DNA of 26,143 bases from Methanothrix sp. (GCA_037128175.1 JBAXWY010000040.1:1-26143); one strand, 5' to 3'; numbered from the stretch's first letter, positions 1 through 8,532 are shown. Numbers and translations: made by a program. The notes: generated by a model not told the origin, from the letters alone.

Positions 1-29
1 GTTCACAGAGTACGCACAGAGCGACTAAC

Positions 30-73
30 TAACAACTGGAAAAACATAGTAACCTGAGGTTAGCAACTGGAAA
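30..73. promoter_or_regulatory. Candidate operator upstream of fmd operon: direct repeat TA(A/G)CAACTGGAAA x2 around palindrome TAACCT-G-AGGTTA
   Basis: TAACAACTGGAAA at 30-42 and TAGCAACTGGAAA at 61-73 (31 bp period); perfect palindrome at 50-62. Function is inferred. Confidence 0.35.
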
Positions 74-210
74 TAGCGAAGAGCCAGGTTTTTCAATCTA
101 TCATTCAGCTCGTAGTAATCATAAATGCTAACTATGATCTGATTCATAAGCATTCATGCAAAACATCTTTATCCCATCCGCTACAAAATTACCCTCAGGC
201 AGGGTGTCGG

Positions 211-1239
211 ATGAGAGAGGTATTGCTGGAATCCAAAGATGACAGGCAGCATGTCTATCTGCCGGAGAAGTGCATCGGCTGTGGATCATGCGTCCAGATC
301 TGCCCCAAAGGGGAGCTGGTCATCGGCTCTGTGGGCGCTGTGGCCCGCGGTCTGATTGATAAAGATTACATTGAGAAGAAAAGGAGCGGAGTGTGCGTTT
401 TATGCGCTCTGTGCGCCCGCGGCTGCCCCACGGGTGCCTTGGAGGTCAGGACGGCGGGCAAGGCCGAAAAGGACGGGTCCTATCTCAGTGCGGCATTAGA
501 GCCCACGACTGTAAACGAGAGATGCGTGCACTGCGGCCTGTGTGTTGATGTCTGCCCGCAATCCTGCATCGAGATAAAAGACCTGCAACTGGCGGAAGAC
601 GGCAGCTTGAGGATGGAAGGAAAGACCATCATTGACCTCGACCGGTGCGTGCATTGCGGCTGGTGCGCCCAGATCTGCCCCACGAACGCTATCGCCTTCC
701 AAAAGCCCTTTGCCGGCCAGTTTTCCCGAGACGAAAACGTCTGCCAGGCCTGTCGGACCTGCGTTAACACCTGTCCTGCCAATGCCCTCTTTAATAGGGA
801 AGGGAAGGCCGGGGAGATCGTGGAGAAGGTGACCCACCGGAAGGATGCCTGCATCTACTGCGGGGCATGCGAAAATGCCTGCCCGGTTGCAGCCATATCC
901 GTTCAGAAGACGTCCATCATCCCGGAAATGAAAGGAAAGAAGGCTCTGGAGAAGAAACTGAGTGCTCCTGCAGCCAGGCCCACATTGACCTCTGTCCTGA
1001 AGACCGATGAGAATGCCTGTCTTGGTTGCGGAAACTGCGTCATTGTCTGTCCGGTCAATGCCCTCTCTGATCCCTATTTGGCCGCCGGCCATCTCAATGA
1101 GCTGGATGAAAAACCGCTGCTGGAGGTCTTGAACGGCACTGTCCGGGTTGTGTTCCAGGAGGTCTGCGGCTCCTGCGCCACTTGCAGCATGATCTGCCCG
1201 GTGCAAGCAATATGGCTGGAGCGAAGGGAGGCGGCCTAG
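211..1239 (+). CDS. fmdF: Formylmethanofuran dehydrogenase subunit F (polyferredoxin, 8 x [4Fe-4S])
   Basis: Eight CxxCxxCxxxCP motifs (CIGCGSCVQICP ... CGSCATCSMICP); first gene of the F-A-C-D-B cluster. Confidence 0.9.
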   Translation: MREVLLESKDDRQHVYLPEKCIGCGSCVQICPKGELVIGSVGAVARGLIDKDYIEKKRSGVCVLCALCARGCPTGALEVRTAGKAEKDGSYLSAALEPTTVNERCVHCGLCVDVCPQSCIEIKDLQLAEDGSLRMEGKTIIDLDRCVHCGWCAQICPTNAIAFQKPFAGQFSRDENVCQACRTCVNTCPANALFNREGKAGEIVEKVTHRKDACIYCGACENACPVAAISVQKTSIIPEMKGKKALEKKLSAPAARPTLTSVLKTDENACLGCGNCVIVCPVNALSDPYLAAGHLNELDEKPLLEVLNGTVRVVFQEVCGSCATCSMICPVQAIWLERREAA

Positions 1240-1240
1240 A

Positions 1241-3028
1241 ATGACTGCTACTACTAATACTACTACTATTATCAGAAACGGTCATGTATTCGATCCCCTC
1301 AATGAAATAAACGGCGATATTAAGGATATTTTCATAAAGGACGGAAAAGTGGTCTCCAGCCTCACCAGCGCGGAGCAGAGGGATGCCACGATAATCGATG
1401 CGACGGGAAAGACGGTCATGCCCGGAGGCGTGGACTCCCATTCGCACGTGGCCGGAGCCAAGGTCAATGCCGGTCGGCTCATGCGCCCCGAGGATCATTA
1501 TAAATCGGTGCGAACAAAGACGGCCTTAACCCACTCGGGCAGCGGCTACACCGTCCCTTCCGTTTACAAGCAGGGCTACGACTACGCTGCCATGGGCTAC
1601 ACCACTGTCTTTGAGGCCGCCATGCCGCCTCTCGAAGCCCGCCACACCCATGAGGAGATGCGCTCCACTCCCATTCTGGATATGGGCGCTTACCTGGTTT
1701 TAGGCAATAACTGGTTCGTCATGCGTTGCCTGAAAGAGGGAGATGTAGAGAAAGCAGCCGCCTACGTGGCCTGGATGATGAGGACCCACAAGGCTTACGG
1801 CATCAAATGCGTCAACCCTGCGGGCGTCGAGAACTGGGGCTGGGCCAAGAATGTGCATGGCCTGGACGAGCCCAACATTCATTTTGAGGTCACTTCCCGG
1901 GAGATAATTCATGGCCTGGCAGAGGTAAATGAATTGCTGGGCCTGCCCATGTCGCTGCATCTTCATACCAACAACCTGGGACACCCGGGAAACTGGGAGA
2001 TCACCAGAGACTCATTAGCGATCCCTTCGGACATCAAGCCCAGCCAAAAGACTGGTGTCGAATGGGCAGAGACGAAGATGAACTCCCGTCGAAAGCAGTC
2101 CGTCTACCTGGCCCACGCCCAGTTCAGCGCCTTCGGAGGCTCTTCCTGGAGAGATTTCCAGTCAGGTGTAGCCGGCTTAGTGGATTACGTAAATAAGAGC
2201 GATCATGTAGTAATCGACAACGGATCCGTTCCATTTGGTCCGGCCACGGCCATGACAGGCGACGGCCCGGCCATTCACGACCTGTACATGCTCTCCGGTC
2301 AGAAGTGGTCGAATACCGATGTGGAAATGGAGTGCGGCTCTGGGGTGATACCATTTGTTTACCTGAAAAGCAGCCCCATAAGCAGCATCCAATGGGCCAT
2401 GGGCCTGGAACTGTTACTGCTCATTAACGATCCCTGGAAGACCATCATGACCACTGACCATCCCAATGGTGGAGTATTCACTCAATATCCACAAGTGATG
2501 ACTTGGCTTATGTCCAAGAAGGCCAGAGACGACACAGCCAAAGAGTGCCACAAATGGGCTTACGATAAATCGAGCCTCGGCGGCGTGGACCGGGAGATGA
2601 GCCTTTACGAAATGGCCATTTTGACCAGGGCCAATCCCGCCTGCACTATAGGCATGGCCTACCGCAAAGGCCACCTCGGTGTGGGTGCGGACGGTGATGT
2701 CACGATCTACGATATCGATCCCTGCAAACTGAACCTGAATGACACGACGGCTTTGACGGCAAAGCTGGCTCGTCCTGATTTCACCGTGAAGGATGGCCGG
2801 ATTGTGGCCAGGCAAGGTGAGATCGTGGCTGTCCCGGAAGGCAGGAGGTATTACTGCCGGCCTTATGTTGACGATGCCTTAGAGAAAGAGATGATCGCTG
2901 ATGTCAAGGACTGGTTCAAGTACTACACAGTCGGATTTGCCAACTATCCTGTGCCGGAAAAGTATCTGAAAAATCCGGTAGCCATCCCGGTCCACGCTGC
3001 CGGGGCAGAGGCCCTGGCGAGGAGGTGA
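1241..3028 (+). CDS. fmdA: Formylmethanofuran dehydrogenase subunit A (amidohydrolase fold)
   Basis: IIRNGHVFDPLN, MPGGVDSHSHVAG metal-binding motif, GIKCVNPAG, HLHTNNLGHPGN, TTDHPNGG, KGHLGVGADGDVTIY. Confidence 0.96.
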   Translation: MTATTNTTTIIRNGHVFDPLNEINGDIKDIFIKDGKVVSSLTSAEQRDATIIDATGKTVMPGGVDSHSHVAGAKVNAGRLMRPEDHYKSVRTKTALTHSGSGYTVPSVYKQGYDYAAMGYTTVFEAAMPPLEARHTHEEMRSTPILDMGAYLVLGNNWFVMRCLKEGDVEKAAAYVAWMMRTHKAYGIKCVNPAGVENWGWAKNVHGLDEPNIHFEVTSREIIHGLAEVNELLGLPMSLHLHTNNLGHPGNWEITRDSLAIPSDIKPSQKTGVEWAETKMNSRRKQSVYLAHAQFSAFGGSSWRDFQSGVAGLVDYVNKSDHVVIDNGSVPFGPATAMTGDGPAIHDLYMLSGQKWSNTDVEMECGSGVIPFVYLKSSPISSIQWAMGLELLLLINDPWKTIMTTDHPNGGVFTQYPQVMTWLMSKKARDDTAKECHKWAYDKSSLGGVDREMSLYEMAILTRANPACTIGMAYRKGHLGVGADGDVTIYDIDPCKLNLNDTTALTAKLARPDFTVKDGRIVARQGEIVAVPEGRRYYCRPYVDDALEKEMIADVKDWFKYYTVGFANYPVPEKYLKNPVAIPVHAAGAEALARR

Positions 3029-3032
3029 AGAT

Positions 3033-3839
3033 ATGGCAGAGATTCTTCTGAGATGCAAGGGCAGCATAGGAATCATGGTCGAAGCCGAGGTTATCAGGCC
3101 CGACCTATTAGCGGGAAAGAAGAAAGAGGAAATCGAGGAGCTGCTCGTCTGGCAGGGACCAAAGCCTCTTCCTTTAAGCGAGTTTTTCGATGTGGATGTG
3201 AGCCGAACGATTCCTTCGGACACGAGGCCCGAGGAGGCAAACATCCTCATTGAGGGAGATGTCTCCCGGGTCAAGCGCATCGGCCAGGGCATGTTGGCAG
3301 GCATGATAGAGATTTGCGGCTCTGCGGGCATGCACCTGGGTGCAGAGATGGCAGGAGGCAGCATCCTGGTGCGGGGCGATGCCGGGTCCTGGGCAGGCAT
3401 GGGGATGTTGGGCGGAAAGTTGCACATTCTGGGCAATGGAGCTGATCACATCGGCTCAGCCTACCGGGGAAGCTGGCGGGGAATGACAGGCGGCGATATT
3501 CAAATCGATGGCAGCGCCAGAAGCCAGCTGGGCGGAGGGCTGGCTGGTGGCCGGATATTAGTCGCAGGCAATGTGGAGAACTTCTGCGGCATTCGTCAGA
3601 GCGGTGGACTCATCCTGGTGAAAGGTTCAGCCGTGCGTGGCACCGGTGCGGAGATGAATGGAGGCACCATTGCCGTCTGCGGAGCCATCAAGCAGTTTTC
3701 CCCCGGTTTTGTAGAGACAAGCCGGGAAGAAAATGTGTTGCTGGGAGACGTGCAGCTAGAGGGATGGTTTGGGAAATTTACAGGAGACTATGCCCTCAGC
3801 AAGAATCCCAAAGGCTCGCTCTACTGCAGTGAGGGCTAG
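3033..3839 (+). CDS. fmdC: Formylmethanofuran dehydrogenase subunit C (GXGXG beta-helix)
   Basis: Gly-rich repeats (GxxMxGGxIxVxG), VKRIGQGM, GSAYRGSWRGMTGG; RBS GAGGTGA upstream. Confidence 0.95.
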   Translation: MAEILLRCKGSIGIMVEAEVIRPDLLAGKKKEEIEELLVWQGPKPLPLSEFFDVDVSRTIPSDTRPEEANILIEGDVSRVKRIGQGMLAGMIEICGSAGMHLGAEMAGGSILVRGDAGSWAGMGMLGGKLHILGNGADHIGSAYRGSWRGMTGGDIQIDGSARSQLGGGLAGGRILVAGNVENFCGIRQSGGLILVKGSAVRGTGAEMNGGTIAVCGAIKQFSPGFVETSREENVLLGDVQLEGWFGKFTGDYALSKNPKGSLYCSEG

Positions 3840-3890
3840 AAGATGCAGGCAATGCTCAATTTCGCTGATTTTTCAGGAGTGGCAGATGAT

Positions 3891-4283
3891 ATGATAGAGT
3901 TTCTGCTTAATACCGGAAGCACCATTGAGGAGGGCAGGCTGGCCAAAGGAGGAAGCAAGCTCACCGAGGAGTACACCCAGGAATGCGCCATTTGCGAGAT
4001 TAACCCCGTGGATTTTCAGGCAATGGGGACGCCGCAAAGGGTATTGATATCCACCATGGACGGCCGGCACACCGTGGCGGTTTACGCCTATGCTACGGAA
4101 TCTGTCGAACCGGGTCAGATCTTCATGCCCCGGGCAATTTGGGCCAATGTGGTGGTGGACCCGGAGACATTCTCCACCGGCTCGCCCCTCTACAAAGGCT
4201 CACCCGTGCGGGTGCAGCCCACGTTGGAAGAGGTGCTGAATGCCAGAGATCTGACCATGTCGCTTTACGCCAGGAGCAGGTGA
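3891..4283 (+). CDS. fmdD: Formylmethanofuran dehydrogenase subunit D (molybdopterin dinucleotide-binding)
   Basis: LNTGSTIEEG, GQIFMPRAIWANVVVDPETFSTGSPLYKG. Start moved from 3843 to the ATG at 3891, which follows an AGGAGTGG RBS-like sequence. Confidence 0.92.
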   Translation: MIEFLLNTGSTIEEGRLAKGGSKLTEEYTQECAICEINPVDFQAMGTPQRVLISTMDGRHTVAVYAYATESVEPGQIFMPRAIWANVVVDPETFSTGSPLYKGSPVRVQPTLEEVLNARDLTMSLYARSR

Positions 4284-4288
4284 GGACT

Positions 4289-5605
4289 ATGATCGCATCA
4301 GAGACATCAAAGAACATAGTCTGTCCGGTCTGCGGGGCCTCTTGCGACGACATTCAGGTGGAGCTTTCCGGCGACAAAATTAATGTAAAGAATGCTTGCA
4401 AGATGGGCAATGCCAAGTTCCAGGAGATCGTAGGCAGCCACAGAATCCTCCAGCCGCTCCTTAGGGAGTTGGGAATAATCCGGCCTGCCCTGTGGGAAGA
4501 AGCCATAGAGAGGACGGCAGAGATCCTGGCAGAAGCCTCGCGCCCCCTGATCTTCATGGGCAGCGAGACCTCTTGCGAGGCTATGGAAGTGGGCCTGCAT
4601 CTAGGGGAATTTTTGGGCGCAGCCGTTGATTCCAACTCGACCGTCTGCCACGGACCCACTGCCATGGGCATCCAGGAAGCGGGGCGCGTGGGTGCTACGG
4701 CCGGACAGAGCAAATCACGATCCGACCTGGCTGTCTATTGGGGCTCCAACCCCCTGGAGTCCATGCCCAGACACATGTCCCGTTATGCCGTCTACCCGCG
4801 AGGCTATTGGACGCGGCGGGGCAGGTTCGATCGCACCATCATCACAGTCGATCCGAGAAGGAGCATCACTGCAGAAAATTCCGATCTGCATATCCAGCTT
4901 CGCCCCAACACCGATTACGAGCTATTGTCGGCTCTCTTAACGCTCTTGCACGGCAAGAGACCCCATCCATCGGTAGAAAAAGTAACAGGTGTCTCCATCT
5001 CCCAGATGGAAGAGATGCTTGAACTGATGAAAAACTGCAACTTTGGGTCCATCTACGTGGGACTGGGGATCGCTTCTTCCTATGGCAAGCACCGCAACGC
5101 AGAAGCTGCATTCAATCTGGTCAAAGAGCTGAATGCTCACAACAAGTTTGTGATCGGCGCCTTAAGGGGCCACTGCAATGTGGCCGGCTTCAACCAGATC
5201 GCCTCCTATCTCTATGGCTTTCCTTTCGGCCTGGATTTCTCGCGAGGCTATCCTCGCTATAATCCCGGTGAGTACACAGCGGTAGACCTGCTCAGAGATA
5301 GAGATGTGGACGCTGCTTTGATCGTATCCGCCGATCCCGTTTCGCACTTTCCCGCTGCCTGTGCGAAATATTTGGCCGAGATTCCAGTTGCCTGTATTGA
5401 TATCGCCCCCTGTCCTACTACGATGATATCCGATGTGGTTTTGCCGGGCGTGATCGATGCCATGGAGTGCGATGGAACCTTCTACCGCCTGGACGATGTG
5501 CCCATCTATTTCCAGCCCTTCACCAAATCGCCCTTCAGCTTTACAAAGAGCAATGAAGATACTATGAAGCAGATATTTGAGAGGGTAAAAGCTATCAAGG
5601 GATGA
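4289..5605 (+). CDS. fmdB: Formylmethanofuran dehydrogenase subunit B (Mo/W-bis-PGD catalytic subunit)
   Basis: CPVCGASCDDI...NACKMG [4Fe-4S] motif, STVCHGP with Cys metal ligand, HMSRY, RGHCNVAG. Start moved from 4139 to the ATG at 4289 after AGGTGAGG. Confidence 0.96.
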   Translation: MIASETSKNIVCPVCGASCDDIQVELSGDKINVKNACKMGNAKFQEIVGSHRILQPLLRELGIIRPALWEEAIERTAEILAEASRPLIFMGSETSCEAMEVGLHLGEFLGAAVDSNSTVCHGPTAMGIQEAGRVGATAGQSKSRSDLAVYWGSNPLESMPRHMSRYAVYPRGYWTRRGRFDRTIITVDPRRSITAENSDLHIQLRPNTDYELLSALLTLLHGKRPHPSVEKVTGVSISQMEEMLELMKNCNFGSIYVGLGIASSYGKHRNAEAAFNLVKELNAHNKFVIGALRGHCNVAGFNQIASYLYGFPFGLDFSRGYPRYNPGEYTAVDLLRDRDVDAALIVSADPVSHFPAACAKYLAEIPVACIDIAPCPTTMISDVVLPGVIDAMECDGTFYRLDDVPIYFQPFTKSPFSFTKSNEDTMKQIFERVKAIKG

Positions 5606-5634
5606 TTTTCATGGGTAAAAGTCAAACTGCATAA

Positions 5635-5670
5635 CCCGCTGCCAGCAGCGGGCGTTTTATTTATATTTTC
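5635..5670 (+). terminator. Hairpin plus T-rich tract after fmdB
   Basis: CCCGCTGC-CA-GCAGCGGG perfect inverted repeat (5635-5652) followed by CGTTTTATTTATATTTTC. Confidence 0.55.
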
Positions 5671-5784
5671 AATTGCCTTTCTTTCGCGCCTGCTCAATTT
5701 CATCGACAGTACCGGCGAAGGCGGCAACAGGCGAGCAATCGGTGCAGGGCCATGCCCGACTCCCGGAGAAAAGATAGAACAACG

Positions 5785-5967
5785 TCACTGTAGTCTCGTT
5801 GATAGTTTCTCTATCACTTCAGAGATTGTCCACACCTCAACGATTCCAGCATTGCGAATCTTCTCGAAATGCTTGTCATTTGATATCAGGATTCCACCTG
5901 CGCTCAAGCAGGTAGCGGCATGAAGAACGTCTGCCTCCTGGTTCTCTGGAAATGCTAGTGGCTTCGC
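5785..5967 (-). pseudogene. 5'-truncated PIN-domain (VapC-like) nuclease remnant
   Basis: Manual minus-strand translation: AKPLAFPENQEADVLHAATCLSAGGILISNDKHFEKIRNAGIVEVWTISEVIEKLSTRLQ*. It has the C-terminal PIN motifs D-x2-H-AA-T-C and LISNDKHF, an in-frame TAG at 5970-5968, and no N-terminal DT/DxN half. Confidence 0.75.
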
Positions 5968-5991
5968 CTATAACGAACTCATCGCCCGGAT

Positions 5992-6717
5992 TCATATCAG
6001 CTCTTCAATATGCTTCATATCCGCGACATCGGTCAGGTCGCTGATCGACTCGTGCCTCATCTTGATGCCGCATTCCTGCGCGGCTGCCACCAGATTTGTG
6101 CCGCCTACCAATGCTATTCCCACGTGATCCCTTTCCACAGAGACGCCCAGCACATTCATATTGGGCTCGCCAAGCTCCAGGACTCCGGTAAACTCGGAAG
6201 CCGTCAGTTGGTCGAGCACCTCCTCGATTCTTTCCCTGGCCAGCATGGGAGCCTCCTGAAGATTGCCCAGGATGCGCCCGTTTCCCGTGCGCATCATTCC
6301 CGTGATATCCGTTAGCTCTTGAGAGGTAAGAACGTCTATGGGATCGATGGTGGTGGCCCAGTACATGAGCATGTCTGTGAACCTGGTCGGCCCGCGCTCT
6401 ACCACTTCTATCAGGCCGCCGCCTTTGGGACGTACAGGTATGCCGGACTTAAGCAAAACGCCGCTGATGGTCAGGCTGCAAGCGGTCTTAATCTTTATCA
6501 GTCCATTCTCTTCTTCCAACATAATCAAAGGCGAGACGGAAAGGCCGCTTTGGATGATATCGTAAAAAATAGCTAACGTCTCATTTAGGCGTTCATTTTC
6601 TACCAAAGATGTATTGGTAATGATTTTTCCGTTCATCTCCACCGGATCAAAGCTCACCTGATGCATGAGGTTCTCAATCCGGGATAAGGTGAAGACCAGG
6701 GGCTCGTAGGATTTCAC
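5992..6717 (-). CDS. nrpRII: NrpR-family (DUF128/NRD) nitrogen regulator lacking the wHTH domain, NrpRII-like
   Basis: NRD motifs GKIITNTS, TACSLTISGVLLKSGIPV..GGG, RFTD...TTIDP, TGNGRILGNLQEAP, GGTNLVAAAQECGI; 241 aa with no N-terminal DNA-binding domain; GTG start. Confidence 0.8.
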   Translation of the reverse strand: MKSYEPLVFTLSRIENLMHQVSFDPVEMNGKIITNTSLVENERLNETLAIFYDIIQSGLSVSPLIMLEEENGLIKIKTACSLTISGVLLKSGIPVRPKGGGLIEVVERGPTRFTDMLMYWATTIDPIDVLTSQELTDITGMMRTGNGRILGNLQEAPMLARERIEEVLDQLTASEFTGVLELGEPNMNVLGVSVERDHVGIALVGGTNLVAAAQECGIKMRHESISDLTDVADMKHIEELI

Positions 6718-6801
6718 GCCATCTAATCTACTTAGGATTTATTTAGCTTTTCACTTGCAGATTGGAAGGTATCTTATATCACTTCTTCCGTACTATTATT
6801 A

Positions 6802-7515
6802 ATGTTGCGCCAAAGGTTCGTGCTGGATACTACAGCCCTCACGGACTCTTTAGCCTGGGAGAGTGAGGGTGCCGCCAGCATCTGCGATGGAATGAATGCC
6901 ATATTGGATCGCGTGGCAGAAGGAAGGCTTCACCTGGGGATTAGCTGCTACATTCCCTATCCTTCCGTCTACAATGAGATCAAGGATTTCGCCAGGCATA
7001 ATAATTGTGACGTTCGAGTCTTGGGTAAGGTCGATACCTGGCTCGTTAAAAAGTCACCTGACAGGTACAAAGTCAAGGTGCCTTCCAAGATCTTTTATGA
7101 ATACGTCGACTACATGAGGAGCCGCATAAACAAAGGCATGAACATCTCCGAAGAGGCCATCTGGGAATCCGTCTCCAGATGCATCTCCCTCTCCGAGAAC
7201 GGCACCGGTCTCGTGGATATGAAAGATGAGATCGAACGGGAGATTGTGGGCAGCATAATCCGCAAATTTCGAGAGAAGTACAGAGCGGCATTGCGCTATG
7301 GCATACTGGACAGCGGCCCGGACATAGACGTTTTGTTATTGGCAAAAGAGCTGGATGCCGCTGTTGTCTCTCAAGACTTAGGGATACAGCGCTGGGCAGA
7401 GCAGCTCGGCCTTCGCTTCATGGAATCCAGATCATTTCCTATTATGATTAAGGAGTACATGAACGCATTGCCGGAACTGTACAGAGGAGAGAAAGAAGAG
7501 GAACGAATGATTTGA
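6802..7515 (+). CDS. RNA-free ribonuclease P (HARP; UPF0278 / 'RNA ligase partner' PIN_5 family)
   Basis: QRFVLDTTALT, RSRINKGM, FREKYRAALRYGILDSGPDIDVLLLAKELDAAVVSQDLGIQRWAEQLGLRF, signatures of Aq_880/MJ0950 homologues. TTATATC TATA-like box at 6774-6780 suggests a near-leaderless mRNA. Confidence 0.9.
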   Translation: MLRQRFVLDTTALTDSLAWESEGAASICDGMNAILDRVAEGRLHLGISCYIPYPSVYNEIKDFARHNNCDVRVLGKVDTWLVKKSPDRYKVKVPSKIFYEYVDYMRSRINKGMNISEEAIWESVSRCISLSENGTGLVDMKDEIEREIVGSIIRKFREKYRAALRYGILDSGPDIDVLLLAKELDAAVVSQDLGIQRWAEQLGLRFMESRSFPIMIKEYMNALPELYRGEKEEERMI

Positions 7516-7518
7516 GAG

Positions 7519-8526
7519 ATGGAAATGATAGCAAATAAGAAGACAGTGATCGAAGGATTGGCCTATAAACCGGGGGATCGTTTCTGCCAACTGGTTTTTG
7601 GGGATGAAAAAAAATGCGACAGAAAATGCAAGACCACCCCGGAATTAAGATATGTGGCGATAGAGCCGACAAATCATTGTAACCTTCAATGCACAATGTG
7701 CTACTCAGATCCGTCTCCAAGAAGCAAAGGCTTCATGTCAATGGATTTATTTAAATCGCTTGTAGATCAAATTAGCGAGATACCGACGATTAAGCAGGTC
7801 AATCTGTTCTACGGCGGAGAACCACTGATGCATCCAAGGTATATGGATATGCTGGATTATGTGACCGCGGTTCCAAGAAGATTTAGGGCGGTCATAAGCA
7901 CAAACGGTGGGCTTTGGAATCATGAATACTCAGAACTTGTCTGCGATAGGGAATTACCATGGGTTCACTTCAGCCTCGATGGCGTGGGCGCTAAGCACGA
8001 GGAAATTAGAGTCGGTTCCAATTATGATGTAGTAAAAAAGAACATCGAAGATCTACTGGAGACAAGAGGTGATCGCAAGTTTCCCGTGATAACGACAAAC
8101 ATGGTGTTTTGCGACCATACCAGGAAGGATGTCGAAGACTTCGTAAAAGAATGGCATGGCAAAAGGATTACGGTCGTTATAGATACTCTAATGACGCCTG
8201 ATTTTAGGTATTCGAAGCTGAAAGAGATGGAAATGGCACTAGGGTTAGAACTTAAAGACCTGGCGGATTATAACGAGATCTGTCCTTCCATGAATACCTA
8301 CATGGGTATCTTGTGGGACGGGCGGACAGTGTCATGTTGCAATTATTTTGAGGGCCAAATAGAAATGGGCGATGCAAACAAAACGCCATTACAAAAAATA
8401 TTTTATGAAGAAAGATATAGCAATTTAAGGATAATGGAAGAAACTAAAAACTACCCGGAAGGTCACCCCTGTAAAAACTGTGATGCCGGTCACTGGTCCT
8501 TCAACATAGTAAGCGATGGCAATTGA
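7519..8526 (+). CDS. Radical SAM protein with C-terminal SPASM/Twitch domain
   Basis: IEPTNHCNLQCTMC (CxxxCxxC), GGEPLMHP, STNG, FSLDG; C-terminal CPSM...ILWDGRTVSCC...MGDAN...PCKNC. Confidence 0.9.
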   Translation: MEMIANKKTVIEGLAYKPGDRFCQLVFGDEKKCDRKCKTTPELRYVAIEPTNHCNLQCTMCYSDPSPRSKGFMSMDLFKSLVDQISEIPTIKQVNLFYGGEPLMHPRYMDMLDYVTAVPRRFRAVISTNGGLWNHEYSELVCDRELPWVHFSLDGVGAKHEEIRVGSNYDVVKKNIEDLLETRGDRKFPVITTNMVFCDHTRKDVEDFVKEWHGKRITVVIDTLMTPDFRYSKLKEMEMALGLELKDLADYNEICPSMNTYMGILWDGRTVSCCNYFEGQIEMGDANKTPLQKIFYEERYSNLRIMEETKNYPEGHPCKNCDAGHWSFNIVSDGN

Positions 8527-8532
8527 TTTACA

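Noticed and set aside
1244-1270. (ACT)n-like microsatellite at the start of fmdA (MTATTNTTTII)
   Set aside because: Short, imperfect and in-frame trinucleotide repeat; cannot cause phase variation.
4640-4660. Possible selenocysteine recoding in fmdB
   Set aside because: The metal-ligand codon is TGC (Cys); no in-frame UGA.
480-5463. Many antisense and alternate-frame ORFs inside the fmd operon (e.g. 496..1206 -, 2879..3436 -)
   Set aside because: Fully overlap well-supported genes and have no motifs; expected shadow ORFs in GC-rich coding DNA.
6764-6789. Canonical NrpR operator GGAA-N6-TTCC
   Set aside because: The half-sites are 18 bp apart, not 6, so it is not the Methanococcus-type operator; kept only as a weak observation.
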